Source: a bacterium UBP6_UBA1177 (GTDB taxonomy: Bacteria; UBP6; UBA1177). Taken from it: 64,000 nt of DNA. Under the pieces are notes generated by a model. It was given only the letters and a program-made list of their open reading frames with translations. It was not told where the DNA came from and did no database searches. The stretch lies in the NCBI GenBank assembly GCA_002310995.1, contig DBYV01000035.1, positions 7,858-71,857 on the forward strand. Direction: 5' to 3'. A program made the translations under genes and the position numbers. Numbering within the stretch: position 1 is the stretch's first letter; each line of letters begins with the position of its first letter. Below are positions 46,675 to 55,474 of the stretch, one piece after another.

Positions 46675-47985
46675 ATGCAACAAAAAACACACACATATTT
46701 AAGATTCGTAAGATACAAAGATCTCAACCTATGGGATGTTAAACGCTTTTGGGGCGATTTAGATTTGCTATTTTCAAGCTCCGTTAGATTAAAAGATATC
46801 TTATCACCACACTTTGAACCAGTATCTAAAGAAGAAATGTTGAATAAACAGTGGCATATTATATCCAAAATCAACTTTGCTGGAAAATTGTTTTTAAGAG
46901 ATGTTTCGGAGGCTAAAACATTTAAGGGGAATTTAAATAAAATCGATTCCAACACACTGATCTATTCCAAAATAAATGTTAAACACGGATGTATATACTT
47001 CCATCCAGACAATGCTGAACCGTTTGGCGTAAGTTCTGAATATCCTGCTTACAAGATAGACGCATCAAAAGTAAGTGGAGCATATTTGGTAAAAGTCATA
47101 CAAAGCCAATATTTTAAAACCCTTTTAAACCAAAAAACTAGCGGAATATCAAAAGCAAGAGTTAAACCATACGAATTTCTTGATATAAAAATTCCGCTCC
47201 CATCTCTTTCAGAACAGCAAGCATTGATAAAAGCATACAATGATAAAATCCAGCAAGCTGAAACTTTGGAAAAACAAGCTGAACAAATTGGAAAAGATAT
47301 TGATGCTTACTTAAATGATGAATTGGGAATATCTCAATCTGAGAGTTCTGACGAACAAAATATAGTTAATGAATATAAATTCTTGCGATTCGTTAATTTT
47401 AAATATTTAAGAGAATGGGGATTCAACAAAATAATAAATCACAAAAAGAACCTATCGTGTCTTAACAATGATGCCAACGGCTATAAAACGACGCAATTAT
47501 CTGATATTATTAGTTTAAAAAGTGGCCTCTTTTTACCTAAAGACAAACAAAACGGAACCCTTTACGATGTTTATGGCGGTAATGGTATCACGGGAACTCA
47601 CAATGAATATTGTTTCTCTGGGAAAAGAGTGGTCATTGGACGAGTTGGAGAATATTGCGGAAATATACATTTAGTTGATGGAAATTATTGGGTAACAGAC
47701 AATGCTCTTATAGTTGACCAAAAAAGTGATAATATAACTTGGGAATACTTGGCGATAGCACTAAAATTACTAAATTTAAATCAATATAAAAATATTTCTG
47801 CTCAACCTGTAATATCCCAAAAGAAAATTTTGGTACTATCAATTCCACTCCCATCAATTGATATCCAAAATGTAATTGTAAAACACATAAACAAACAGAA
47901 AGAACAGATCAAGCAATTAAAACAACAAGCAGAGAATCTGAAAAAAGAAGCTTTGGAAAAATTTGAAAAGGAGATATTTGAGTAA
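46675..47985 (+). CDS. hsdS: restriction-modification specificity subunit (HsdS-like, two TRDs)
   Basis: Two variable halves are each followed by the conserved helix: IPLPSLSEQQALIKAYNDKIQQAE and IPLPSIDIQNVIVKHINKQKEQIKQLK. Confidence 0.85.
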   Translation: MQQKTHTYLRFVRYKDLNLWDVKRFWGDLDLLFSSSVRLKDILSPHFEPVSKEEMLNKQWHIISKINFAGKLFLRDVSEAKTFKGNLNKIDSNTLIYSKINVKHGCIYFHPDNAEPFGVSSEYPAYKIDASKVSGAYLVKVIQSQYFKTLLNQKTSGISKARVKPYEFLDIKIPLPSLSEQQALIKAYNDKIQQAETLEKQAEQIGKDIDAYLNDELGISQSESSDEQNIVNEYKFLRFVNFKYLREWGFNKIINHKKNLSCLNNDANGYKTTQLSDIISLKSGLFLPKDKQNGTLYDVYGGNGITGTHNEYCFSGKRVVIGRVGEYCGNIHLVDGNYWVTDNALIVDQKSDNITWEYLAIALKLLNLNQYKNISAQPVISQKKILVLSIPLPSIDIQNVIVKHINKQKEQIKQLKQQAENLKKEALEKFEKEIFE

Positions 47986-47987
47986 TT

Positions 47988-49745
47988 ATGAGAATAAAGT
48001 CGTTATACATAGAGGATTACAAAAATATAAAAAAACAGACTTTCGATTTTTCTGAATCAGATGGATATATTGCGTTAATAGGTCTCAATGGCTCTGGAAA
48101 AAGCAATTTATTAGAGGCTATAGGGTTGATTTTTAAAGGTTTTTTTAACAATGAAAAGATACCTTTTGTATTTGAGTTGCAATATAATCACGAAGGAAAG
48201 GAGTATATTCGTAAACCAAGAAGTGCTAAGATTGATAATGTTAAGGTCAAATCTTCTGACATGTTCAACCCGTCCTCTGTCATTGCATGTTATAGTGGTG
48301 AAGATTTTAGGTTGTGGAATTTAGTGTTTGAAGATTATTATATGCACTATTTTAATCAAGCAATAAAAGGCCTCTCGTTTTCTCCTAAATTAATGTATGT
48401 AAACAAGTATTGTTGGAAAATAGCTTTTATAGCATTGTTTTGTTCTTATAAGAAATCAACAAGTGATTTTTTAGAAAAATGCTTGCATATTACAGATTTA
48501 ACTTCTATTAATTGCCATTTTGATATAGATGCCTTGAAAAAAGAAAAATTTAAAGAAAATCAATCCCTTAAGTGGTTTAATAGAATAGAAGAACTGCAAA
48601 ATGAAAATACTAATAAAATAATTAATGCCAACACAATAAAAACTATAGACATGTCTATTTATGGCGTTACAGATTCCCAAGATAATAGTAAATACATATT
48701 CCAGTTTCTTTATTTATTATCAATCCCTGAAAAGAATTCTGAAAAGGGACAAACTATAGATAAACTTATAACCGATATCGAAATTGATATTAATGGAGTT
48801 AATTTCGACTATTTGAGTGAAGGCGAAAAGAAAATGATACTGATTACATGTATCACACAAATACTTGGCGATGAAAATTCGCTTGTATTACTTGACGAAC
48901 CTGACGCTCATGTTCATATTGCAAGAAAGAAGGAGTTATTAACAGCTATTGAATCTTTTGAAAGTCAAGCAATACTAACCACCCATTCCCCTATATTCGT
49001 CAATGAAATATATAAACGAAACAAAAATAATTTATTTTTTCTGGAAAACGGCTCCCTCAGTAACCCTGATTATATCAATAAATTAATACAACTTTCATCT
49101 GGTGAAATTGATTTCTTAAACGGATCTATTCTATTAAGTTCTAAAAAGATTCTTGTAACAGAAGGACCTTACGACAAAAGATATATAGAAAAAGCAATAG
49201 CTGTTCTCCAAGCCGAAGATTCACGATACAAAGAGTTTAGCCACATTGTCATAATTCCAAGCGGTGGTGCTGGTGAGAATTCAAAAACATTTTATGAACA
49301 GGTACTTCAACCACAAATCGATAAATATGATAAAATAGTATTCTTGTTCGATTATGACGGCGATGGATACACAGGATGGGAAAAAATACGCGATTTACAA
49401 ACAGCAAAGCTAACATCTATATTTTATCAAGACAACTATGATCCTGAAAAGACTAAAAAACCCGAACAAAAAGATACAATTATGCTTGAAGATTTGTTTC
49501 CAGAGGAATCATATAAAACCATCATCGACACAATTCATGAATGTAAAACACATAAAGATTTCAGAAATATAAGGTTAAAATTTGAAGATAAAGATGAAAA
49601 TAAAAAAAATAAAAATAAAAACCAAACCTTGGCGGATAGAATAAAACATCACATACAAAACAACTATAATGATTTTAAAAAGGAGTGGTTTAAAGGTTTT
49701 AAGCCGGTACTGGATAAGCTATTAGAAGTTTTTGATTTGGAATAA
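47988..49745 (+). CDS. OLD-family nuclease-like protein (ABC-type ATPase + TOPRIM)
   Basis: Walker A GLNGSGKSNLLEAIG, LSEGEKKM, Walker B LVLLDEPDAHVH and H-loop TTHSP. C-terminal TOPRIM-like ILVTEGPYDKRYIE and FLFDYDGDG. Confidence 0.7.
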   Translation: MRIKSLYIEDYKNIKKQTFDFSESDGYIALIGLNGSGKSNLLEAIGLIFKGFFNNEKIPFVFELQYNHEGKEYIRKPRSAKIDNVKVKSSDMFNPSSVIACYSGEDFRLWNLVFEDYYMHYFNQAIKGLSFSPKLMYVNKYCWKIAFIALFCSYKKSTSDFLEKCLHITDLTSINCHFDIDALKKEKFKENQSLKWFNRIEELQNENTNKIINANTIKTIDMSIYGVTDSQDNSKYIFQFLYLLSIPEKNSEKGQTIDKLITDIEIDINGVNFDYLSEGEKKMILITCITQILGDENSLVLLDEPDAHVHIARKKELLTAIESFESQAILTTHSPIFVNEIYKRNKNNLFFLENGSLSNPDYINKLIQLSSGEIDFLNGSILLSSKKILVTEGPYDKRYIEKAIAVLQAEDSRYKEFSHIVIIPSGGAGENSKTFYEQVLQPQIDKYDKIVFLFDYDGDGYTGWEKIRDLQTAKLTSIFYQDNYDPEKTKKPEQKDTIMLEDLFPEESYKTIIDTIHECKTHKDFRNIRLKFEDKDENKKNKNKNQTLADRIKHHIQNNYNDFKKEWFKGFKPVLDKLLEVFDLE

Positions 49746-49750
49746 ATATC

Positions 49751-50578
49751 ATGGGCAAGACAATAACAACATATCTGATTGACGGAGATCCGAAAGGAAC
49801 TCAGTATGTTTTCATCAGCAACAAGATTTGCCAGATGTACATAATCCCGCGTTCTAATCTGGCGATTTTGAATGAGCGGTCTGAGCTGTGGACTCCGGCA
49901 TTTTACATCCTGCTTGGTGAGGATGAGGCAACCAAACCCAAAGCCTATATCGGTGAAACTGAAAATTTTCGTGAACGAGTGAAAGACCACGACAGCAAGA
50001 AAGAGTTTTGGCAAAAAGCTCTGATTTTCATCGCAAAAGATGCCGCAATGACAAAATCCGACGTGCAATACCTTGAGCACAAAGCCATCAAAGAGGCAAA
50101 AATTTCAAATACTTTTGTGCTGAATGAAAACAAACAGACGCCGAAAGCCCCCAATCTTCCTGAATACAGAAAAGATGATATGGACGGATTTTTTGAAGAT
50201 GTGAAATTCCTGACATCTTTCATCGGATGCAACATATTTGACGTGGTTAAACCGAAAGAAAAACATTTGTTTTACACAAAAGGGCGCGGTTGCGAGGCTA
50301 AAGGTTTCTACGATGCCAAAGGTTTTACCGTTTTAAAAGGAAGCATCATCGCAAAGTCATCGGCTCCGTCGTTGACATGGAAGGAAAAACGCGAAAATCT
50401 GGTTAAAGAATACACTTTCGTGAACGGCGATAAATTGGAACTGGAATCTGATAAAACCTTCTCCAGCCCGAGCAGTGCTGCCGATTTCTGCCTCGGAAGC
50501 AGTAGCAACGGCTGGTTAGTCTGGAAAGACAAAGACGGTCAAACATTAGATTCAGTCTACAGAAAACAGTTGGGATAA
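49751..50578 (+). CDS. GIY-YIG nuclease-like protein with C-terminal DUF4357
   Basis: FYILLGE...AYIGETENFRERVKDHD is GIY-YIG-like. The C-terminal FSSPSSAADFCLGSSSNGWLVWKDKDG matches the DUF4357 pattern. Confidence 0.65.
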   Translation: MGKTITTYLIDGDPKGTQYVFISNKICQMYIIPRSNLAILNERSELWTPAFYILLGEDEATKPKAYIGETENFRERVKDHDSKKEFWQKALIFIAKDAAMTKSDVQYLEHKAIKEAKISNTFVLNENKQTPKAPNLPEYRKDDMDGFFEDVKFLTSFIGCNIFDVVKPKEKHLFYTKGRGCEAKGFYDAKGFTVLKGSIIAKSSAPSLTWKEKRENLVKEYTFVNGDKLELESDKTFSSPSSAADFCLGSSSNGWLVWKDKDGQTLDSVYRKQLG

Positions 50579-50634
50579 ATAATTATGTTGATGTCCCTCA
50601 CGATGAAAATGAAACCAACCGATAAGGAGTCCAA

Positions 50635-51606
50635 ATGAGTTACAGACCACCGTTTGAAATCACGGCGAAAGCGATAAATCTTATTTCGGAGATTTCGGCG
50701 CAGCTTGAGCGTTTTTCCATCGCGATGGAGCAGGGCGACAGCGTGCAGCTCCGCAAAATTAATCGCATGAAAACTATTCACGGTACTTTGGCGATAGAAG
50801 GGAACTCTCTTTCCGAAGAGCAGGTAACGGCTTTAATTGAAGGAAAGCATGTGATCGCGCCGCTGCGTGAGGTTCAGGAAGTGCGGAATGCGATTCTGGC
50901 TTACGGGCAGTTTATGAAATTCGATCCTTACAATGAGGATGATCTGCTCAAAGCACACGGTATTTTTGCTTTGGGACTCGTGGACAACCCGGGACATTTC
51001 AGAAAAGGCGGAGTCTGCGTCATGGGCAAGGACGGAATCAGCCATGTTGCGCCTCCGGCACACCGGGTTCCTTTTTTGATTTCCGACCTGTTTGACTGGG
51101 TAAAAAAATCGGAAGATCACATTCTGATAAAAAGCAGCGTTTTTCACTATGAGTTTGAATTTATTCATCCGTTTCCTGATGGTAACGGCAGAATGGGACG
51201 TTTCTGGCAGTCAAGGCTCCTTGCAGAGTGGAATCCGGTGTTTGAGTATATTCCGGTTGAGAACATGATCCGCGAAAATCAGGCTGATTATTACAAGGCG
51301 ATCGAGCGCAGTACTGATGAAAATGATTCAGGAATTTTTGCAGAATTCATGTTGCAGACAATTCTTGATACAATAAAAAAGCATAAGAAAAAGGTGACTG
51401 CAAAAGTGACTGTAAAGGTGACTGCAAATCAGCAGAAAATTATTTCTGCAATAAACGAAAACCCGTATATTACGCAGGAAGAGCTTTCAAAGAAAGTCGG
51501 AATTGCCGTAAAAAATATTAAGGAAAATATGAAAAAGTTGCAGGAACAGGGCATTATCCGCCGCATCGGCGCAGACAAAAACGGTCACTGGGAAATAGTG
51601 AAATAA
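50635..51606 (+). CDS. Fic-family protein with C-terminal winged-helix domain
   Basis: Canonical Fic motif HPFPDGNGRMGR. C-terminal QQKIISAINENPYITQEELSKKVGIAVKNIKENMKKLQEQGIIRR is a wHTH. Confidence 0.9.
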   Translation: MSYRPPFEITAKAINLISEISAQLERFSIAMEQGDSVQLRKINRMKTIHGTLAIEGNSLSEEQVTALIEGKHVIAPLREVQEVRNAILAYGQFMKFDPYNEDDLLKAHGIFALGLVDNPGHFRKGGVCVMGKDGISHVAPPAHRVPFLISDLFDWVKKSEDHILIKSSVFHYEFEFIHPFPDGNGRMGRFWQSRLLAEWNPVFEYIPVENMIRENQADYYKAIERSTDENDSGIFAEFMLQTILDTIKKHKKKVTAKVTVKVTANQQKIISAINENPYITQEELSKKVGIAVKNIKENMKKLQEQGIIRRIGADKNGHWEIVK

Positions 51607-51630
51607 AAAACGTGCGATAAGGAGGCAGAC

Positions 51631-52113
51631 ATGGGAAAAACACTGGTGATTTACTTTTCGGCTGGCGGTCACACAAAATTGAAAGCTGTCCAGCTTGCTG
51701 AGGCAGTCGGAGCCGATATTTTCGAGATCGAGCCGGTGAAAAAGTACACGAAGGCCGATCTTCTGTGGATGAATCCGCTTTCAAGGAGTTTCCGCGAAGT
51801 GGCAACACGCAAAAGCAAACGCCCCGAAATCGTCGATAAAGAGCTTGATTTAACAAGTTACGACAAGATTTTTCTCGGTTTCCCAATCTGGGGCTGGGCA
51901 GCACCGTCAATCGTCAACGCTTTTTTGGAAAAGCACGATTTTTCGGGCAAAACTATCGTCGTTTTCGCGACAAGCGGCGGCACGATGAAGCTCGACGGAA
52001 GCGTAAAATCGCTCACTCCTTCGCTTTCTGAAACCACAGTTGTAAAAGAAGGAAAAGTTCTCAACGGAGAATGGACAAAAGAAGCGCTTGCCGAATGGGC
52101 GAAAGATCTTTAA
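51631..52113 (+). CDS. flavodoxin-like protein
   Basis: 160 aa. TLVIYFSAGGHT is an FMN phosphate-binding loop, and FLGFPIWGW is a typical short-chain flavodoxin pattern. Confidence 0.75.
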   Translation: MGKTLVIYFSAGGHTKLKAVQLAEAVGADIFEIEPVKKYTKADLLWMNPLSRSFREVATRKSKRPEIVDKELDLTSYDKIFLGFPIWGWAAPSIVNAFLEKHDFSGKTIVVFATSGGTMKLDGSVKSLTPSLSETTVVKEGKVLNGEWTKEALAEWAKDL

Positions 52114-52146
52114 CGCGGCGTAACGACGTAACGCCGTCACGATAAT

Positions 52147-53802
52147 TTAGAGAACTACCGATTCTTTGTGAACACCGAAAACTTCTTCAAGAGTTCCTGC
52201 GATTTCGCCGAGTGTCGCATACTGTTTTACAGCGTCGAGGATCTTCGGCATAAGGTTATCGCTGGTCTGAGCCGTAGCCTTGATGATCGCGAGGTGTCTC
52301 TTGACGGCGTCGTTGTCGCGGTTTTCTTTGACAGCCTTGATTTTAGCGATCTGAGCGACCTGGATTGACGGGTCAACTTTGAGAAGGTTAGCCGGAGCGG
52401 GTTCCTTGATCTGGAACTTGTTGACGCCGACAACAACCTGTTCGCCGCTTTCGACTTCAAGCTGATAGTGGTATGCACTGTCCTGTATTTCCTGCTGGAC
52501 AAAGCCTTTTTCGATCGCTTCGACCATTCCGCCGAGCTCGTCGATGCGAGCGATGTATCCTTTAGCCTTTTCGTAAATGCTGTCGGTAAGAGCTTCAATG
52601 TAGTAACTTCCTGCGAGCGGGTCGATCGTGTCTGCAACGCCGCTTTCGTAAGCTACGATCTGCTGCGTTCTGAGCGCGATCCTAACGCTGTCTTCGGTCG
52701 GAAGTGCAAGCGCTTCGTCACGGCTGTTGGTGTGAAGCGACTGGGTTCCGCCGAGAACCGCCGCCAAAGTCTGGATAGCAACTCTGACGATGTTGTTGTC
52801 GGGCTGCTGTGCTGTGAGCGTGCATCCTGCCGTCTGAGTGTGGAAACGGAGCATCTGAGATTTTGCACTCTTCGAGTTGAAGCGGAACTTCATGATTTCA
52901 GCCCAGAGTCTTCTTGCAGCGCGGAATTTGGCAACTTCCTCAAGAAGGTTGTTGTTTGCGTTGAAGAAGAAGGAAAGACGCGGTGCGAAAACGTCAACGT
53001 CAAGTCCTGCCTTGATTGCAGCTTCGACGTAAGCGATACCGTCAGCAAGCGTGAAAGCGACTTCCTGAACCGCATTCGAACCAGCTTCACGGATGTGGTA
53101 ACCCGAAATAGAGATCGTGTTCCACTTCGGAACGTTCTGCGCACAGAAAGCGAAAATATCGGTGATAAGTCTCATCGAAGGTTTCGGCGGAAAGCGGTAA
53201 GTGCCTCTCGCGATGTATTCCTTGAGGATATCGTTCTGAATGGTTCCGGTGAGTTTGTCAGCCGAGAAACCCTGCTTTTCGGCAACTGCGATATACATCG
53301 AAAGAAGAACTGAAGCGGTTCCGTTGATCGTCATTGATGTCGAAACATCGCCAAGCGGAATACCGTCGAAAAGAATTTCCATATCTTTGAGAGAATCGAT
53401 CGCAACACCGACTTTTCCGACTTCACCGTCACTCATCGGATGATCCGAGTCGTAGCCGATCTGCGTCGGAAGGTCGAAAGCGACCGAAAGACCCGTCTGA
53501 CCGTTGCCGAGAAGGTATTTGTAACGTTTGTTCGATTCTTCTGCCGTTCCGAAACCTGCATACTGACGCATCGTCCAGAATCTGCCGCGGTACATCGTGG
53601 GCTGGACGCCTCTGGTGAACGGATATTCGCCCGGCACACCGCGTGTTTCGAGGTATTTTTCGTCCTCGTTTTCAGGAATGTAGAGAGGTTCTACAGTTTC
53701 ACCGTAGGATGTTTTGAAGCGCTGCTTCCTTTCGGGGAACTTAGCGACTGCCTTGCCGTAACTTCCGGCTTTCCAATTCTCGAATGTCTCTTTTACTGTC
53801 AT
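52147..53802 (-). CDS. methylmalonyl-CoA mutase family, catalytic (large, N-terminal) subunit without B12-binding domain
   Basis: [53 protein letters not shown] and GYHIREAG. At 551 aa it ends before the cobalamin-binding domain. Confidence 0.9.
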   Translation of the reverse strand: MTVKETFENWKAGSYGKAVAKFPERKQRFKTSYGETVEPLYIPENEDEKYLETRGVPGEYPFTRGVQPTMYRGRFWTMRQYAGFGTAEESNKRYKYLLGNGQTGLSVAFDLPTQIGYDSDHPMSDGEVGKVGVAIDSLKDMEILFDGIPLGDVSTSMTINGTASVLLSMYIAVAEKQGFSADKLTGTIQNDILKEYIARGTYRFPPKPSMRLITDIFAFCAQNVPKWNTISISGYHIREAGSNAVQEVAFTLADGIAYVEAAIKAGLDVDVFAPRLSFFFNANNNLLEEVAKFRAARRLWAEIMKFRFNSKSAKSQMLRFHTQTAGCTLTAQQPDNNIVRVAIQTLAAVLGGTQSLHTNSRDEALALPTEDSVRIALRTQQIVAYESGVADTIDPLAGSYYIEALTDSIYEKAKGYIARIDELGGMVEAIEKGFVQQEIQDSAYHYQLEVESGEQVVVGVNKFQIKEPAPANLLKVDPSIQVAQIAKIKAVKENRDNDAVKRHLAIIKATAQTSDNLMPKILDAVKQYATLGEIAGTLEEVFGVHKESVVL

Positions 53803-53959
53803 TTTTAACTCCTAAATTAAGTGAAAAAACTCGAAATCGCGCGATTTTATTTAGCGCGCGGGAAAATGCAAAGAAAACCGTTATTTTTGAGATTTAATTG
53901 TTATTAAGCGGCTTTGATGTAAAATAATGCGCTTGTTTTTTGATTTTTAGGAAGTGATT

Positions 53960-55474
53960 ATGCGTATATTTTTGCCAATGTTTATTGTTTTTGTGCTGAT
54001 TTTTTCAGTTTCCTGCGAAAACAAAGTTAATATTCCTGAAAAAGAACTGCCTGATGCGGATGGAGAGGAAGTTTCAGACGAAGATGCCGACGCTGTTCAT
54101 GAACCTCTTTTCAATCTGAAAGTTGAGAAAAACGAAAAAAATGTTCTTTCATGCAGGCTTACTTTTTCGACAATAGATGAGAGAAAGACTTTTGTTAAAT
54201 ACTATTCCCCTACTCATTCCGGCTATAAAATTAGCGAAGATACAGCAAAAAATGAGCACTATTTCTTTCTCTGGGGAATGAGAGAGAATCTTGACTACAT
54301 TATCGAAATCTATTCAGACGAAGAATCGCCGGAACTTCTCGCAACAACTGAATTTCATTCCGGAATTGCTCCTGATTACATTTTCCCTCCTTACCTTGTG
54401 ACAAATGAGAAAGAAAGTGTTCAACCAGGATTCGTCTTTTTGGCGCAGCACTCAATGCCTGATGATGTAATGATGGAACCAGTAATATTTCTCGTTGACA
54501 TTGAAGGTTTTGTTGTCTGGTATTTCGAATATCACATTCCAGGATTTGCACTGTTGGCAGAGCCTCATTATCGCAAAAATACTCAGACTGTTTTTATCGG
54601 TATTGAAAAGGGAATGATGGACGATATATTGGCCGAGGAAGGAATAGAAATCGACTTTGAAGGAAATATTGTATGGAAATCGCCTGATCTTCCAGGGTCT
54701 TTGTACGGGAAAACGGTATGGCATCATATGTACCGGATTCTTGAAGACGATACCCTTCTTTTTATACGCGCTCAATATGATGGCACTGTGGTAAGTGACA
54801 GAATAGTGAATTTTGACAAAAATTATTCCGAGCTTTGGAGCTGGGGATACTTCGATTCTCCAGATTACTTCAGCACAGTTGAATGTCCTGATCCAAATGC
54901 TTTTTGGTGCGACTGGACACACACGAATTCGGCAATGATGTTCAAAAAGGACAATATCGTCTATTTCAATTCTCTATGGCTCGGTTTTTTCAAGATTGAC
55001 ATGAACACCAAAGAAATTTTGTGGAAATTTGGTAAAGACGGTGATTTTACAATGCTCTCGGATCACCCAAACCCTTGGCCTGTTAATACGCATGATCCTA
55101 AATTCTATGATTCGTCAAGAAAGCGTCTAATCTTTTTTGACAATGGCTTAACAGATCGGTTTTATTCAAGAATTATCGAATATGAAATAGATGAGGATAG
55201 GATGACTGCCGAAATAACTTTCGAATACGACGGCAGAGATTCTGGACACGGCTGGTTTGCCAAAATGGGCTGGGGTGATGCCGATTATCTTGAAAACGGC
55301 AACATTCTTGTGACAACAGGCTGGGTTGACGAGACACAGAATTCCTCGATTTTTGAAATTACCCGCGACGGAAGAGTTGTCTGGGAACTTTACACCGAGC
55401 AGAATGATGATTTTATGATAGAACTTTACAATGCGGAAAAGTTTGTTCCGCCGCTGGAGTTTCTGAATGAATAA
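53960..55474 (+). CDS. arylsulfotransferase (ASST)-like beta-propeller lipoprotein, paralogue 1
   Basis: Signal peptide plus lipobox FSVSC. CDWTHTNS...FKIDMNTKEILWKFGKDGDF resembles the Arylsulfotran_2 core. ATG 53960 lies behind AGGAAG (ORF-track GTG is at 53954). Confidence 0.55.
   Translation: MRIFLPMFIVFVLIFSVSCENKVNIPEKELPDADGEEVSDEDADAVHEPLFNLKVEKNEKNVLSCRLTFSTIDERKTFVKYYSPTHSGYKISEDTAKNEHYFFLWGMRENLDYIIEIYSDEESPELLATTEFHSGIAPDYIFPPYLVTNEKESVQPGFVFLAQHSMPDDVMMEPVIFLVDIEGFVVWYFEYHIPGFALLAEPHYRKNTQTVFIGIEKGMMDDILAEEGIEIDFEGNIVWKSPDLPGSLYGKTVWHHMYRILEDDTLLFIRAQYDGTVVSDRIVNFDKNYSELWSWGYFDSPDYFSTVECPDPNAFWCDWTHTNSAMMFKKDNIVYFNSLWLGFFKIDMNTKEILWKFGKDGDFTMLSDHPNPWPVNTHDPKFYDSSRKRLIFFDNGLTDRFYSRIIEYEIDEDRMTAEITFEYDGRDSGHGWFAKMGWGDADYLENGNILVTTGWVDETQNSSIFEITRDGRVVWELYTEQNDDFMIELYNAEKFVPPLEFLNE

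Noticed and set aside
40909-51630. Prophage or integrative element interpretation of the island
   Set aside because: No integrase, recombinase, transposase, phage structural gene or flanking tRNA/att duplication is visible. Only the internal 16-nt motif pair was found, and it brackets just the three-gene cassette.
52117-52135. Possible bidirectional rho-independent terminator between the flavodoxin and mutase genes
   Set aside because: Only a 5-bp stem (GGCGT/ACGCC) with a 9-nt loop and no flanking U-tract on either strand. Too weak to call.
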